A stretch of 64,000 bases of DNA, taken from contig JAFGND010000006.1 in assembly GCA_016927185.1 (NCBI GenBank), forward strand, positions 1 to 64,000, written 5' to 3'. The translations under genes and the position numbers were made by a program. The first letter of the stretch is position 1. Each line of letters begins with the position of its first letter. The notes beneath the pieces are model-generated. The model was not told the DNA's origin. It did no database searches and saw nothing but the letters and a program-made list of their open reading frames with translations. Shown here one piece after another: positions 30,435-39,434 of this stretch. This DNA is from Candidatus Coatesbacteria bacterium (GTDB lineage: Bacteria; JAFGND01).

Positions 30435-32257
30435 TCCTGCTTTCCAGAATTGAATATTTTGAACGAGTTTCTTCCGGCTCTCTTTGCAGCATATAAAGCC
30501 TGATCCGCAAACTCAATCAGTTCAATATTGTTGTTTGCATGATTGGGATAATTTGCAAGTCCGATGCTGAGAGAAACCTTACCATTCGGCATTTCATCGT
30601 ACACCAGATTCTTGTCAGCATTGACAGCGGCAATTATTCTCTCCGCAATCTGTCTTGCCTGTAAAAGATTTGTCCGGGTAAGAATTATTGAAAATTCCTC
30701 ACCACCGTATCTGGCTACTATATCATTATCCCTGACTTCTTTCTTAAGGAGTTTTGCAAGATATTTCAGGATTTCATCACCTAATGGATGTCCATAAGTA
30801 TCATTGAAATTCTTGAAATTATCTATATCAATCATGAACAAAGATACATTATCAGGATTTGTTGCTATCTGTCTTTCAAGTTCCTCCTGAAAAAACCTGT
30901 GATTATATAAACCAGTCAAAGGATCATTATTTCTAACTCTCTCGTATTCCCTGTTGTTTATGATTGCAGTTATTATATGCTCTGAAAACACTTGTAAAAT
31001 CTCAGTCTGTGAATAAATATCATCACCTTCTCCATCCAGTGGAGTAACAAGAAATCCCAGTATTTCCTCACCATATGACAGAGGAAAAAAGGCAAGAAAG
31101 GAAAACGGTATTTCCCTTGAAATCTCTTTGAAATGCCTCATTATTATTTCATAAGGTACTACATAAAGCCTGTTTTTCCTGAATTCAGCTTTCATTATTT
31201 TAATGAAATTTTCATATTCCATTGTCTCTGGCAATAAAGAATCTTTTTGGGATGTACAATGCAGATTGAATTCCTTGTCTCTTTCCTTCTGAAGATATAA
31301 GCAAAGATGAGGAAGCAGGAAGGTTCCTCTCATAGTTAAGATAATAATGTTGATAAGCTGATCCAGTGGCATATTCAGCCTTATCACTTTCCCTATCTCC
31401 AGGATTTCAAGCAATTGACTCCTCTGTCTTTCAATCAATCTTTCTATATATGCATTCTGCTTCTCCATGTTCTTGTCATAATTCTCTTCCAGTTGTTTTT
31501 GCTGCTTCTTAAAATCAGCTTCAAGCTGTTTGTTCTTTGCATATGCTTGTATAGCAAAATTAGTTATGATAACAGCAAAAAAGGCATTAAGCAGACTCAG
31601 GAAATCATCCGGTTTGTATACCTGAATAAACAGGATAATTAAAGGTAATGTGCATATATAGACAATCATCTCACCCAGAAACGATTTGGGAATTCTCTTT
31701 ATGTTCAAGGTCCCTGACAGAAATGAAAATATCAGATCACTTGTTATCAGATGAATGAGCTTGAAAGTCAAAACAGAAAAAATAAGTATTATCAGGAAAT
31801 CCAGAGTCAGAGATTCCTGATAAGGAAAACTTATATCTGGATTCATGAAAGATTTTAAAACATATGCTGAAGCAGAATATAGAATTACCCTTTCTCCAAA
31901 TGCGAAAAGCGTTGTGGTATTAAATTGCCTCTGGAATATTCTTCTCAGCAGGCTAGCTATCGAACCTATGAAAATTCCCCACACAGGACCAAATATCATC
32001 ATTGCAGGAAAAGCAATAACAATACCATAAACAATATTTATCTTGTCATAAATAACTATATATAATCTATCTGCAATCCAGGCAAAAGCAAGAAAAACCA
32101 ATAAGGTTGGAACTGAATTCTGTGAATAATTTACTGGAACGTTTATTAATGAATAGAATAAGATATATGTTCCAGCAAGGAATACAAGTAATCTGTAAAT
32201 CAGGAAAACCGATTTCCTGAGATTATTATTGCTTATAGTATTTTGAAAGATAAACAT
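30431..32257 (-). CDS. Membrane-bound diguanylate cyclase (TM sensor, GAF-like region, GGDEF)
   Basis: About 7 TM helices; DPLTGLYN, DIDNFKNFND, I-site RDND, GGEEF. Confidence 0.92.
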   Translation of the reverse strand: MFIFQNTISNNNLRKSVFLIYRLLVFLAGTYILFYSLINVPVNYSQNSVPTLLVFLAFAWIADRLYIVIYDKINIVYGIVIAFPAMMIFGPVWGIFIGSIASLLRRIFQRQFNTTTLFAFGERVILYSASAYVLKSFMNPDISFPYQESLTLDFLIILIFSVLTFKLIHLITSDLIFSFLSGTLNIKRIPKSFLGEMIVYICTLPLIILFIQVYKPDDFLSLLNAFFAVIITNFAIQAYAKNKQLEADFKKQQKQLEENYDKNMEKQNAYIERLIERQRSQLLEILEIGKVIRLNMPLDQLINIIILTMRGTFLLPHLCLYLQKERDKEFNLHCTSQKDSLLPETMEYENFIKIMKAEFRKNRLYVVPYEIIMRHFKEISREIPFSFLAFFPLSYGEEILGFLVTPLDGEGDDIYSQTEILQVFSEHIITAIINNREYERVRNNDPLTGLYNHRFFQEELERQIATNPDNVSLFMIDIDNFKNFNDTYGHPLGDEILKYLAKLLKKEVRDNDIVARYGGEEFSIILTRTNLLQARQIAERIIAAVNADKNLVYDEMPNGKVSLSIGLANYPNHANNNIELIEFADQALYAAKRAGRNSFKIFNSGKQE

Positions 32258-32330
32258 GACTATTACTAAATTCGTATTTTTGCATTATTAGTCAAGATAA
32301 TCGAATGATTTTATTAATGGATATAAATTT

Positions 32331-33443
32331 ATGAAAAAAGCTGTTTCAAGAAAAAACCAGATCATACCATATGGATATCATGAAGTAGGTAAGGAAGAAG
32401 AGCAGGCTGTAAAAAAAATATTGAGAGGTAGATATTTAACACAAGGAAATGCAGTAGAAGAATTCGAGAAATCATTGTGTGAGTTTACGAATTCCAGATA
32501 TGCAGTCGTTGTTTCAAGTGGAACTGCTGCTTTGCATCTTGCAATGATTTCTTTGTGCAATCCAGGTGACAGGATATTGACAAGTCCATTGACATTCGTT
32601 GCCACAGTGAATTCCATTTCTTATGCCAATGCAATTCCTGTTTTCAATGATGTATCAATAGAAACATATCTGCTTGAACCTGATTTGAGCATGAAATACA
32701 AGGGAGCAATTATAGTCCATTTCGCAGGATTGCCTAATACCTGCAATGAATGGAAAAACTTTGATGGATGGATAGTTGAAGATGCAGCTCACAGTCTTGG
32801 AGCTGAAAGGCTTGTCAATAACAAATGGCAGCAAATAGGTCATTCAAGATACTCGATTGCAACCATTTTATCCTTTCATCCAGTGAAGTCAATTACTACT
32901 TGCGAGGGTGGCGCTATTCTTACTTCTGACAGAAATCTTGCTGACGAGCTCAGAAAGCTTCGTTCTCATTGTATTTCATCAAGAAAAGGATATTTATATG
33001 AAATAGAGAAAGTGGGATTCAATTACAGATTATCTGATTTGAATTGTGCAATTGGAATAGAGCAATTGAAAAAACTCCCGAAATTCATGGAAAAGAGAAG
33101 AGAAATAGCATACAGGTACATAGAGGAACTGAGAAATGTAGAAGAGATAATCCTTCCCATAGAACATGAAGAAGTTAGAAGTGCATGGCATCTTTTTCCC
33201 GTGAGAATAAAAAATAGAGACAGGATTTACAGGCAGCTGCTTGATAACAACATCAAGTGCCAGGTTCACTATATTCCTGTTTATAAATTCAGTCTTTACA
33301 AGCATTTATATAAAGATCTTCCAAATGTAGAAAAGATCTTTGCAAGCGAATTGTCTCTTCCCATATTCCCTGCACTCTCCAAGACACAACAAAACAGAGT
33401 AATAGAAATATTGAAAAGCAATTTTCTTAAAACAAAGAGATGA
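32331..33443 (+). CDS. pseC: DegT/DnrJ sugar aminotransferase, PseC-like
   Basis: IPYG, LTQG, SSGTAALH, EDAAHSLG, SFHPVKSITTCEGG, QVHYIPVY. Confidence 0.8.
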   Translation: MKKAVSRKNQIIPYGYHEVGKEEEQAVKKILRGRYLTQGNAVEEFEKSLCEFTNSRYAVVVSSGTAALHLAMISLCNPGDRILTSPLTFVATVNSISYANAIPVFNDVSIETYLLEPDLSMKYKGAIIVHFAGLPNTCNEWKNFDGWIVEDAAHSLGAERLVNNKWQQIGHSRYSIATILSFHPVKSITTCEGGAILTSDRNLADELRKLRSHCISSRKGYLYEIEKVGFNYRLSDLNCAIGIEQLKKLPKFMEKRREIAYRYIEELRNVEEIILPIEHEEVRSAWHLFPVRIKNRDRIYRQLLDNNIKCQVHYIPVYKFSLYKHLYKDLPNVEKIFASELSLPIFPALSKTQQNRVIEILKSNFLKTKR

Positions 33444-33449
33444 TGAAAA

Positions 33450-34562
33450 ATGAAAAAAGTGCTTATGATATTGTATGGCAATTTAGAAAAGGATCAAAGA
33501 GTACTCAAGGAGAAAACATCACTTGAAAAAGCTGGTTTCAATGTTGATGTAGTATCGCTTTCTTTAGTTGACACTCCAGATAACCCATACTCAATTTTTC
33601 CCCAGAATAGAACCGGCTTTTCATATTACAATTTCATCTGGAAATCATGCGAGCAAATCATCTCTTCAATGCAACCATATGATGTATATCATGCCCATGA
33701 CTTGCCAACACTGAAAAGCGCACATTTTGCCACTAGAAAACATGGAGGGAAAATAGTATTCGATACTCATGAGTACTTTCCTTATATGGCAAGATACAAC
33801 AAGAAGTTCTTTCAAAGAAACTACTGGCTATTGTTTCAAAAAAGATGGGTAAGAAATATTTCAGGTTTCATAACTGTGAATGAATCACTCGGTGCAGAAC
33901 TGAAAACTCAAATCAAGAATCTTCCTGATCCAGTGATTATATATAATTGTCCCTATCATGATGAAATTCCCAAAAGCAATTTATTAAGAGAAAAACTTGG
34001 ACTGGATCATTCTAAAATACTTCTCTTGTACGAAGGTTACTTGATGAAAGGGAGAGGATTGGAAATATTGATTGAGTCAATGAAAATTCTCCCTGAAAAC
34101 TATCATCTTGTTTTTCTTGCAGATGGTGAGGAAAAAGATGAATTGAAGAGGCTTTCCAGTCAACATGATATAGACAAGAGAATACATTTTCATGAAATGA
34201 TTCCAAATGAAATGCTTCTGGAATACATGACTGGAGCAGATTTAGGTTTATTCTCTTATCCAGATAACTGCCTCAATCATCATTATTCCCTTCCAAACAA
34301 GGTTTTTGAATACATGCATGCAAAATTGCCACAGGTAGCAACTGATCTTCCTGAGATAAGGAAATTGTTTCAGAAGCATAATGTGGGAATGACTTTCATG
34401 AATGGTGATGTGAAAAGCCTTGCAAATTCAATAAGAGAAATCTGTGAAAACAGGGAAATACTTGAAAGAATGAAAAACAATACCAGAGATACATGTATTC
34501 AATTTTCGTGGCAGGAGCAGGACAAAAAACTAATCAGACTTTATGAAGATCTGCTGGGATAA
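33450..34562 (+). CDS. Family 4 glycosyltransferase
   Basis: DQRVLKE, YHAHDL, FDTHE, LPNKVFEYM. Confidence 0.9.
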   Translation: MKKVLMILYGNLEKDQRVLKEKTSLEKAGFNVDVVSLSLVDTPDNPYSIFPQNRTGFSYYNFIWKSCEQIISSMQPYDVYHAHDLPTLKSAHFATRKHGGKIVFDTHEYFPYMARYNKKFFQRNYWLLFQKRWVRNISGFITVNESLGAELKTQIKNLPDPVIIYNCPYHDEIPKSNLLREKLGLDHSKILLLYEGYLMKGRGLEILIESMKILPENYHLVFLADGEEKDELKRLSSQHDIDKRIHFHEMIPNEMLLEYMTGADLGLFSYPDNCLNHHYSLPNKVFEYMHAKLPQVATDLPEIRKLFQKHNVGMTFMNGDVKSLANSIREICENREILERMKNNTRDTCIQFSWQEQDKKLIRLYEDLLG

Positions 34563-34563
34563 T

Positions 34564-34590
34564 AAAGGCATGATCTTGTATCATACCTTT
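34564..34590. terminator. Hairpin between convergent genes (candidate bidirectional terminator)
   Basis: AAAGGCATGAT-cttgt-ATCATACCTTT; 11-bp stem with one mismatch (a G-U pair on the minus strand). Confidence 0.5.
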
Positions 34591-34595
34591 CAATC

Positions 34596-36650
34596 TTATT
34601 GTATATGAATCAATCTTCCGGTGACAATCTTGCCATTACTGCTTATCCTATAAGTATATACACCAGGGATCAACGACAGGAGATTATTTATTGTTATTAT
34701 CCTCGCATTGCTGTTCATTATCTCTATTGATCTTACTAATCTTCCTGTTATATCGAATATTTCTATCTTTATGTTACCCCTGATATCCTCAATGGAGATC
34801 TTATCCCTGAAAGGATTAGGCCATATTTTCAACTGAGAGGGGAGCATGGTTGTGAGTTTGCTGAATTTGAAACCAGTACCTTCATCCTTTGCCATTATTG
34901 TTAATCCTTCATCTCCCATTGCAAGAGCTGTTGAATCATTAATGGCAACAATTCCCCATAAAGACATGGCTGAAGTATAGGATTGAGAAGACCAGCTAAT
35001 CCCTCCATCTGTCGTATAAATAATGGCTGCTGTAGTTGTTCCGCCAGCTACCCATCCTATATCGTTAGATATCATATTGATTCTGTGCAATTCCCTTGTA
35101 GTGTTTGTTGTAGAAGAAGACCATGAAACACCATTGTCAGTGGAGACCAAGACAACGCCGTTTGCTCCAGCAATAAATCCGTGTGATGAGTCACTGAAAA
35201 ATATGTCATATAAATGCTCGGTTGTTCCTGAAGAAACATCTGTCCAGTTTGCTCCAGTATCAGTAGAACGGACAATTTTTCCATCATTCCCAACCGCTAT
35301 TGCCTCGCTTTCGGAGATGAAAAAGACTGAATTCAGATAACTTGTGCTGGCTGAGTTCCCTTTTATCCATGTTACTCCACCATCAATAGTATAGTAAATA
35401 CTTCCATTTTCACCGCATGCAATTACCTTGTTTTCATCGTACATGCTTATTGATTTGAAGTCATCATTTGTACCTGTTGTCAGGAAAGTCCAGTTTGCCC
35501 CGTTGTCAGTGCTTTTTATTATATTACCACTGTATCCTGCTGCAAAAACCACATCCGCTTTCGATGTCAGTCCCCAGAAATCGGGATGAGGATCTGAAAA
35601 TGCCATGTATTGCCATATCAAACCATTATCTGTAGATTTGAATATTGTTCCATCCTCTCCGCAAGCCCATAAAACTCCTGATGATGATTTTATCAACCTC
35701 TTGATATTAGGTCCAGTGAAATTAGTTAGCTGAGACCATGTTGTTCCAGCATCCGTGGTCTTCACTATGCCACTTCCAACTCCAACAACAATTGCTGATT
35801 GAGAATCAATACAGAATACTTCTTCTGAGCCAAATCTTGCAAAAGGAGGATTAACTTTCGAAAAATTCTCTCCCTTATCAGTACTTATATATATATTCCC
35901 AAGGCTTCCCACTACCCAGATGACATCACCGGATCCCCTCATTCCGTAATTAGTTCCAGAATTAGAAGGACTGACATTAGTCCATGAAGCTCCCCCGTCA
36001 GTAGTTCTTCTGATGGTTCCATTTGAACCAATTATCAGGCCTGTAGAAGAATCAAGAAAATAGATGCTGTATAGAGATGATGATGAACCAGTTGTCATTT
36101 CAGTCCAGTTTGCACCACCATCAGTTGTTTTTGCTGCCTTTCCGCTGCTCCCGCAAATAAAACCATTATTGATATCCAGCATGTAGACGCAATTAAGAGA
36201 GCCTGTTATAGTTGTTGATTGCTGAGACCAGCTAGTTCCCCCATCCGTAGTTCTCAATATCCTGCCGCTGGTTCCAACAATCCAGACATTATTAGCATCT
36301 ACTGCATAAACATCATAGAAGGCTGTTGTAAAACCAGAATCCTGTTCAATCCATGTTTGTCCCTGATCTGTTGTCTTGATTATCTTGCCACTGCTTCCTA
36401 CTGACCAGCCCGTAGATGAATTGGCAAAAGAAATGGATCTCAAGGCAGTTGTTATTCCAGTTGTTGGTAAAGTCCACGTAGAACCGCCATCAGTTGACAG
36501 TTTTATCTTGCCATCCGAATGACAGGTAACTATCATGTTGCCATTTACATATATATCATTTGCTGTCAATCCAGCACTATATGACCATTTGAATTCAGCA
36601 TGCAGCAAGTAACTAGTTATCAATATAAGTAAAACAATAAATCTTGGCAT
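34596..36650 (-). CDS. Secreted YCF48/BNR (Asp-box) repeat beta-propeller protein with a T9SS-like C-terminal domain
   Basis: Signal peptide; many (S/T)TDxGxxW repeats; C-terminal WPNPF...IFDITGRLV...GVY. Confidence 0.88.
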   Translation of the reverse strand: MPRFIVLLILITSYLLHAEFKWSYSAGLTANDIYVNGNMIVTCHSDGKIKLSTDGGSTWTLPTTGITTALRSISFANSSTGWSVGSSGKIIKTTDQGQTWIEQDSGFTTAFYDVYAVDANNVWIVGTSGRILRTTDGGTSWSQQSTTITGSLNCVYMLDINNGFICGSSGKAAKTTDGGANWTEMTTGSSSSLYSIYFLDSSTGLIIGSNGTIRRTTDGGASWTNVSPSNSGTNYGMRGSGDVIWVVGSLGNIYISTDKGENFSKVNPPFARFGSEEVFCIDSQSAIVVGVGSGIVKTTDAGTTWSQLTNFTGPNIKRLIKSSSGVLWACGEDGTIFKSTDNGLIWQYMAFSDPHPDFWGLTSKADVVFAAGYSGNIIKSTDNGANWTFLTTGTNDDFKSISMYDENKVIACGENGSIYYTIDGGVTWIKGNSASTSYLNSVFFISESEAIAVGNDGKIVRSTDTGANWTDVSSGTTEHLYDIFFSDSSHGFIAGANGVVLVSTDNGVSWSSSTTNTTRELHRINMISNDIGWVAGGTTTAAIIYTTDGGISWSSQSYTSAMSLWGIVAINDSTALAMGDEGLTIMAKDEGTGFKFSKLTTMLPSQLKIWPNPFRDKISIEDIRGNIKIEIFDITGRLVRSIEIMNSNARIITINNLLSLIPGVYTYRISSNGKIVTGRLIHIQ

Positions 36651-36680
36651 AATATCTCCTTTGGTAAAAAACTTTTACTG

Positions 36681-37871
36681 CTACTCGTCAGTATCATTTG
36701 TTTTCCTTCTGTTTCTCTTTGGTTCATCTTCATCTGATTCTTCATCAGCAGAACTAGTAATGTTTCCCAGACAATTAATCCTGTTTGAGAAACTATCCAG
36801 GAAATAAAGTCTCTCATTATTTCCCAATGCCATCTGAACAGGATATACTTTTGCCTTCAAATTAAGCTCACCATGAATTCCGCCTTCTATGAATCTGTAT
36901 ATAACTATAGAATAATCCTGTTGAGAAGCTTTTCTTCCAGCCAGGTAAATATAACCATCCTGGGAGCTAATCAAATCAGTAGCTCCATCAAAAGGAGTCT
37001 TCACTTTCCAGGCGATTTCTCCACCCTCTATCTCGAAAGCATAGAGTACAGTATTTGCATAGACAACAAGCAATCTTTCACTCCATAATGTTGCAAGTGT
37101 AATGTCAGGGAGTTCCTTTTTCCATAGCACTTGTCCGCCCACAGTCAAATAATAAATATTCTTGTTTGTTATAAGAACAACTCCTATGTCTTCATTTAAA
37201 ATCGGATATCCTGTTCCTCCACTTTCACTTGTCTCGAATTTCCATCTTATTCCTGAGCCTTGTGGTGTCAGTGAAACAAGACTCCTGTTTGTAAGTCTTC
37301 CATATAAAAATCCCTGTGGTGAACATGACCAGTATGATGTCGGCAATTCAGGAAGCTTTATCTCACTTGTTACTGTACCTGCTGAAGAAAGCCAGAACAT
37401 CATACCTGCAGATGAACCACATACTATTCTACCATTATCCAGATTCATGAAAAAGGAAGGTGGAAGAGGAAGATTGCTTTTAATCCTTCTTGTGCCAGCA
37501 TTTGTAAAACCGTATATCCCGCCAAGCTCCGTTATGATATAAGTAAAGCTATTAGAAGACAGAAAGGGACCTAATCCAAGAGGTGATTCCAAAGGTCTTG
37601 TCCATCTTTGTTTGCCATAGGCATCAAGTTTTGCCAAATAACCTTTGCTTTCATTCATATGATAAGATGGAACAAAAACCTCATCATAATCGTTCACATT
37701 AAGGAAAAAACCTCCATAACTCCTGTTCATCTTGAATGACCAGATGAAATCCAGTATTGATGGACCTCTTCCATTTGCGCATGCAGTTCTGGCTATATTA
37801 CCTCTAGGTCCACTCCATTCTGCCCATATGAAGGCTGAGGTAACAAATAATAATATTATAAGCCTTCTCAT
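36681..37871 (-). CDS. Secreted PQQ-like beta-propeller repeat protein
   Basis: Signal peptide; WSGPRGNIART; G..xW repeats; charged C-terminal tail. Confidence 0.7.
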   Translation of the reverse strand: MRRLIILLFVTSAFIWAEWSGPRGNIARTACANGRGPSILDFIWSFKMNRSYGGFFLNVNDYDEVFVPSYHMNESKGYLAKLDAYGKQRWTRPLESPLGLGPFLSSNSFTYIITELGGIYGFTNAGTRRIKSNLPLPPSFFMNLDNGRIVCGSSAGMMFWLSSAGTVTSEIKLPELPTSYWSCSPQGFLYGRLTNRSLVSLTPQGSGIRWKFETSESGGTGYPILNEDIGVVLITNKNIYYLTVGGQVLWKKELPDITLATLWSERLLVVYANTVLYAFEIEGGEIAWKVKTPFDGATDLISSQDGYIYLAGRKASQQDYSIVIYRFIEGGIHGELNLKAKVYPVQMALGNNERLYFLDSFSNRINCLGNITSSADEESDEDEPKRNRRKTNDTDE

Positions 37872-37872
37872 A

Positions 37873-38910
37873 TCAGCTCTTGCTTAGCTCTTCAACTCTG
37901 TTTTTGTAATCTTTATCATCCGGTTCCCTTCTGTAAGCTTCTTTTGCAAATTCTAATGCTTTCTCCTTATTACCATGTTCCTCATATAGATATGATAATT
38001 TATAGCAAATTGCTCCATCTACTCCTGAGATTGTAGCTGCTTTTTCCATATGATAAATAGCTTCTTCCTTGTTTCCTATACCCAAAGATTTTTCAGCATC
38101 TTCCAGTCTTTCCTGGACTTTTCTTGCAACCTCCAGATCTTCCTTGCTTGGTTGATAGGTTCCAAGACTGTCTTCTATTGCGGGTGGATGATGCCTGGCT
38201 AAAAGGATTTTAAGCTCTTTTGCTGGCATTCTTGATGCTCTCTTTACATTAAGCAGATTTACCCTTGCCAGAGCTGCTTCCTTCATGGCATTCTCTGCCT
38301 CCTCAGTACCAAGAACTTTGAAATAATCTTCTACAGTTACCCTTATATCAACCTCTTTATCATTAAGTAAGGGAGCAAGAATTGAAACTGCTTCTTCAGG
38401 CATCATTTCTTTTATTGCATTTACAGCAGCGAGTTTGACTTCCTTGCTTGGGTCATTCAACTTTTGCTTGACAGGCTCGAAAGTTTTCTTGTCCTTGAAT
38501 TTTGCAAGGGTTGAAACAACGAATTCCCTTATAAGAGGATCTTCACTATCAATCTGTCTCAGAAGAGGCATTATGGAAGCTGTTCCAATTAACCATAAAG
38601 TGTTACTTATCTCTCCCAGCAGATCTATTCTTGCTTCTTGAATTGCTCCTTGAACTAATTCAAGCAATCTAGGAATGCACTTGGAATTCTGCAACCAGCC
38701 TAATGCTTCAACTGCTGTTTGAACAACCCCGGCATTTGGATCATCAAGTGCCATTATGAGATGATCCACAACCTCTGGTGAATTCATTTCCCCCAGTTTC
38801 TTGATGGCAACTTTTCTTATCATTGCATCTTCTGATTGTAAGTCTTTCAAGGCATTATGAAGTTCATCCATCCCCAATGATTTTTTCAGATTATCCCAAA
38901 ACGCTACCAT
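37873..38910 (-). CDS. HEAT-repeat protein with a C-terminal TPR
   Basis: Repeats such as LDDPNAGVVQTAVEALG and LNDPSKEVKLAAVNAI; TPR-like YKLSYLYEEHGNKEKALEFAKEAYRREP. Confidence 0.85.
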   Translation of the reverse strand: MVAFWDNLKKSLGMDELHNALKDLQSEDAMIRKVAIKKLGEMNSPEVVDHLIMALDDPNAGVVQTAVEALGWLQNSKCIPRLLELVQGAIQEARIDLLGEISNTLWLIGTASIMPLLRQIDSEDPLIREFVVSTLAKFKDKKTFEPVKQKLNDPSKEVKLAAVNAIKEMMPEEAVSILAPLLNDKEVDIRVTVEDYFKVLGTEEAENAMKEAALARVNLLNVKRASRMPAKELKILLARHHPPAIEDSLGTYQPSKEDLEVARKVQERLEDAEKSLGIGNKEEAIYHMEKAATISGVDGAICYKLSYLYEEHGNKEKALEFAKEAYRREPDDKDYKNRVEELSKS

Positions 38911-39011
38911 GCTGCACCTCGCTATTCTAATATCAACTTTTGAAAAAAGCTTTATTTAGCATAAAAATATGTCAAGTCTTTATGGCTAAATATTGTATTA
39001 ACTTGTTTTCA

Positions 39012-39434
39012 TTAATACTGCTTCCTGAAATCTTCTTTGCTGAAGGTAGTGGATTTCCTTTTTATCCAGTAAGTATTATCTTCATTCTTGAAACTAAGAG
39101 TATTCTTTCCAAATAATCTTAGCAGCAAACCAAATGGAGTAAATACTAGATAATATAATAATCCTAGTATTATTCTTGCATTTAGCCATCCTAATGCATG
39201 AGCAAATTTCATCCAGTAGTAAAAAGGTTTTTGAAGTATTTTTGGAACAATCATTCCAATAATGAATACAGCTGCTCCAAAGCTGAAAAGGATAATGCTA
39301 TATATATTTAAATCCCATGATGAAAGATACATTTTTAGTATACCGAACATAACTGTAATCACAAGTAATCCTGATACCCAGACTCTTATATCCTTCTCTC
39401 TGTATTGTGATTTCTTGGAACGTTTGTTAATCAA
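39012..39434 (-). CDS. SxtJ-family membrane protein
   Basis: WMKFAHALGWLNARIILGLLYYLVFTPFG...TYWIKR...KQY; overlaps the carbamoyltransferase stop. Confidence 0.85.
   Translation of the reverse strand: MINKRSKKSQYREKDIRVWVSGLLVITVMFGILKMYLSSWDLNIYSIILFSFGAAVFIIGMIVPKILQKPFYYWMKFAHALGWLNARIILGLLYYLVFTPFGLLLRLFGKNTLSFKNEDNTYWIKRKSTTFSKEDFRKQY

Noticed and set aside
34900..36500. CRISPR-like or tandem DNA repeats (also at 58100-58980 and 59320-60390)
   Set aside because: The periodicity comes from degenerate protein repeats (BNR, PQQ, propeller) inside ORFs; there are no identical repeats with unique spacers.
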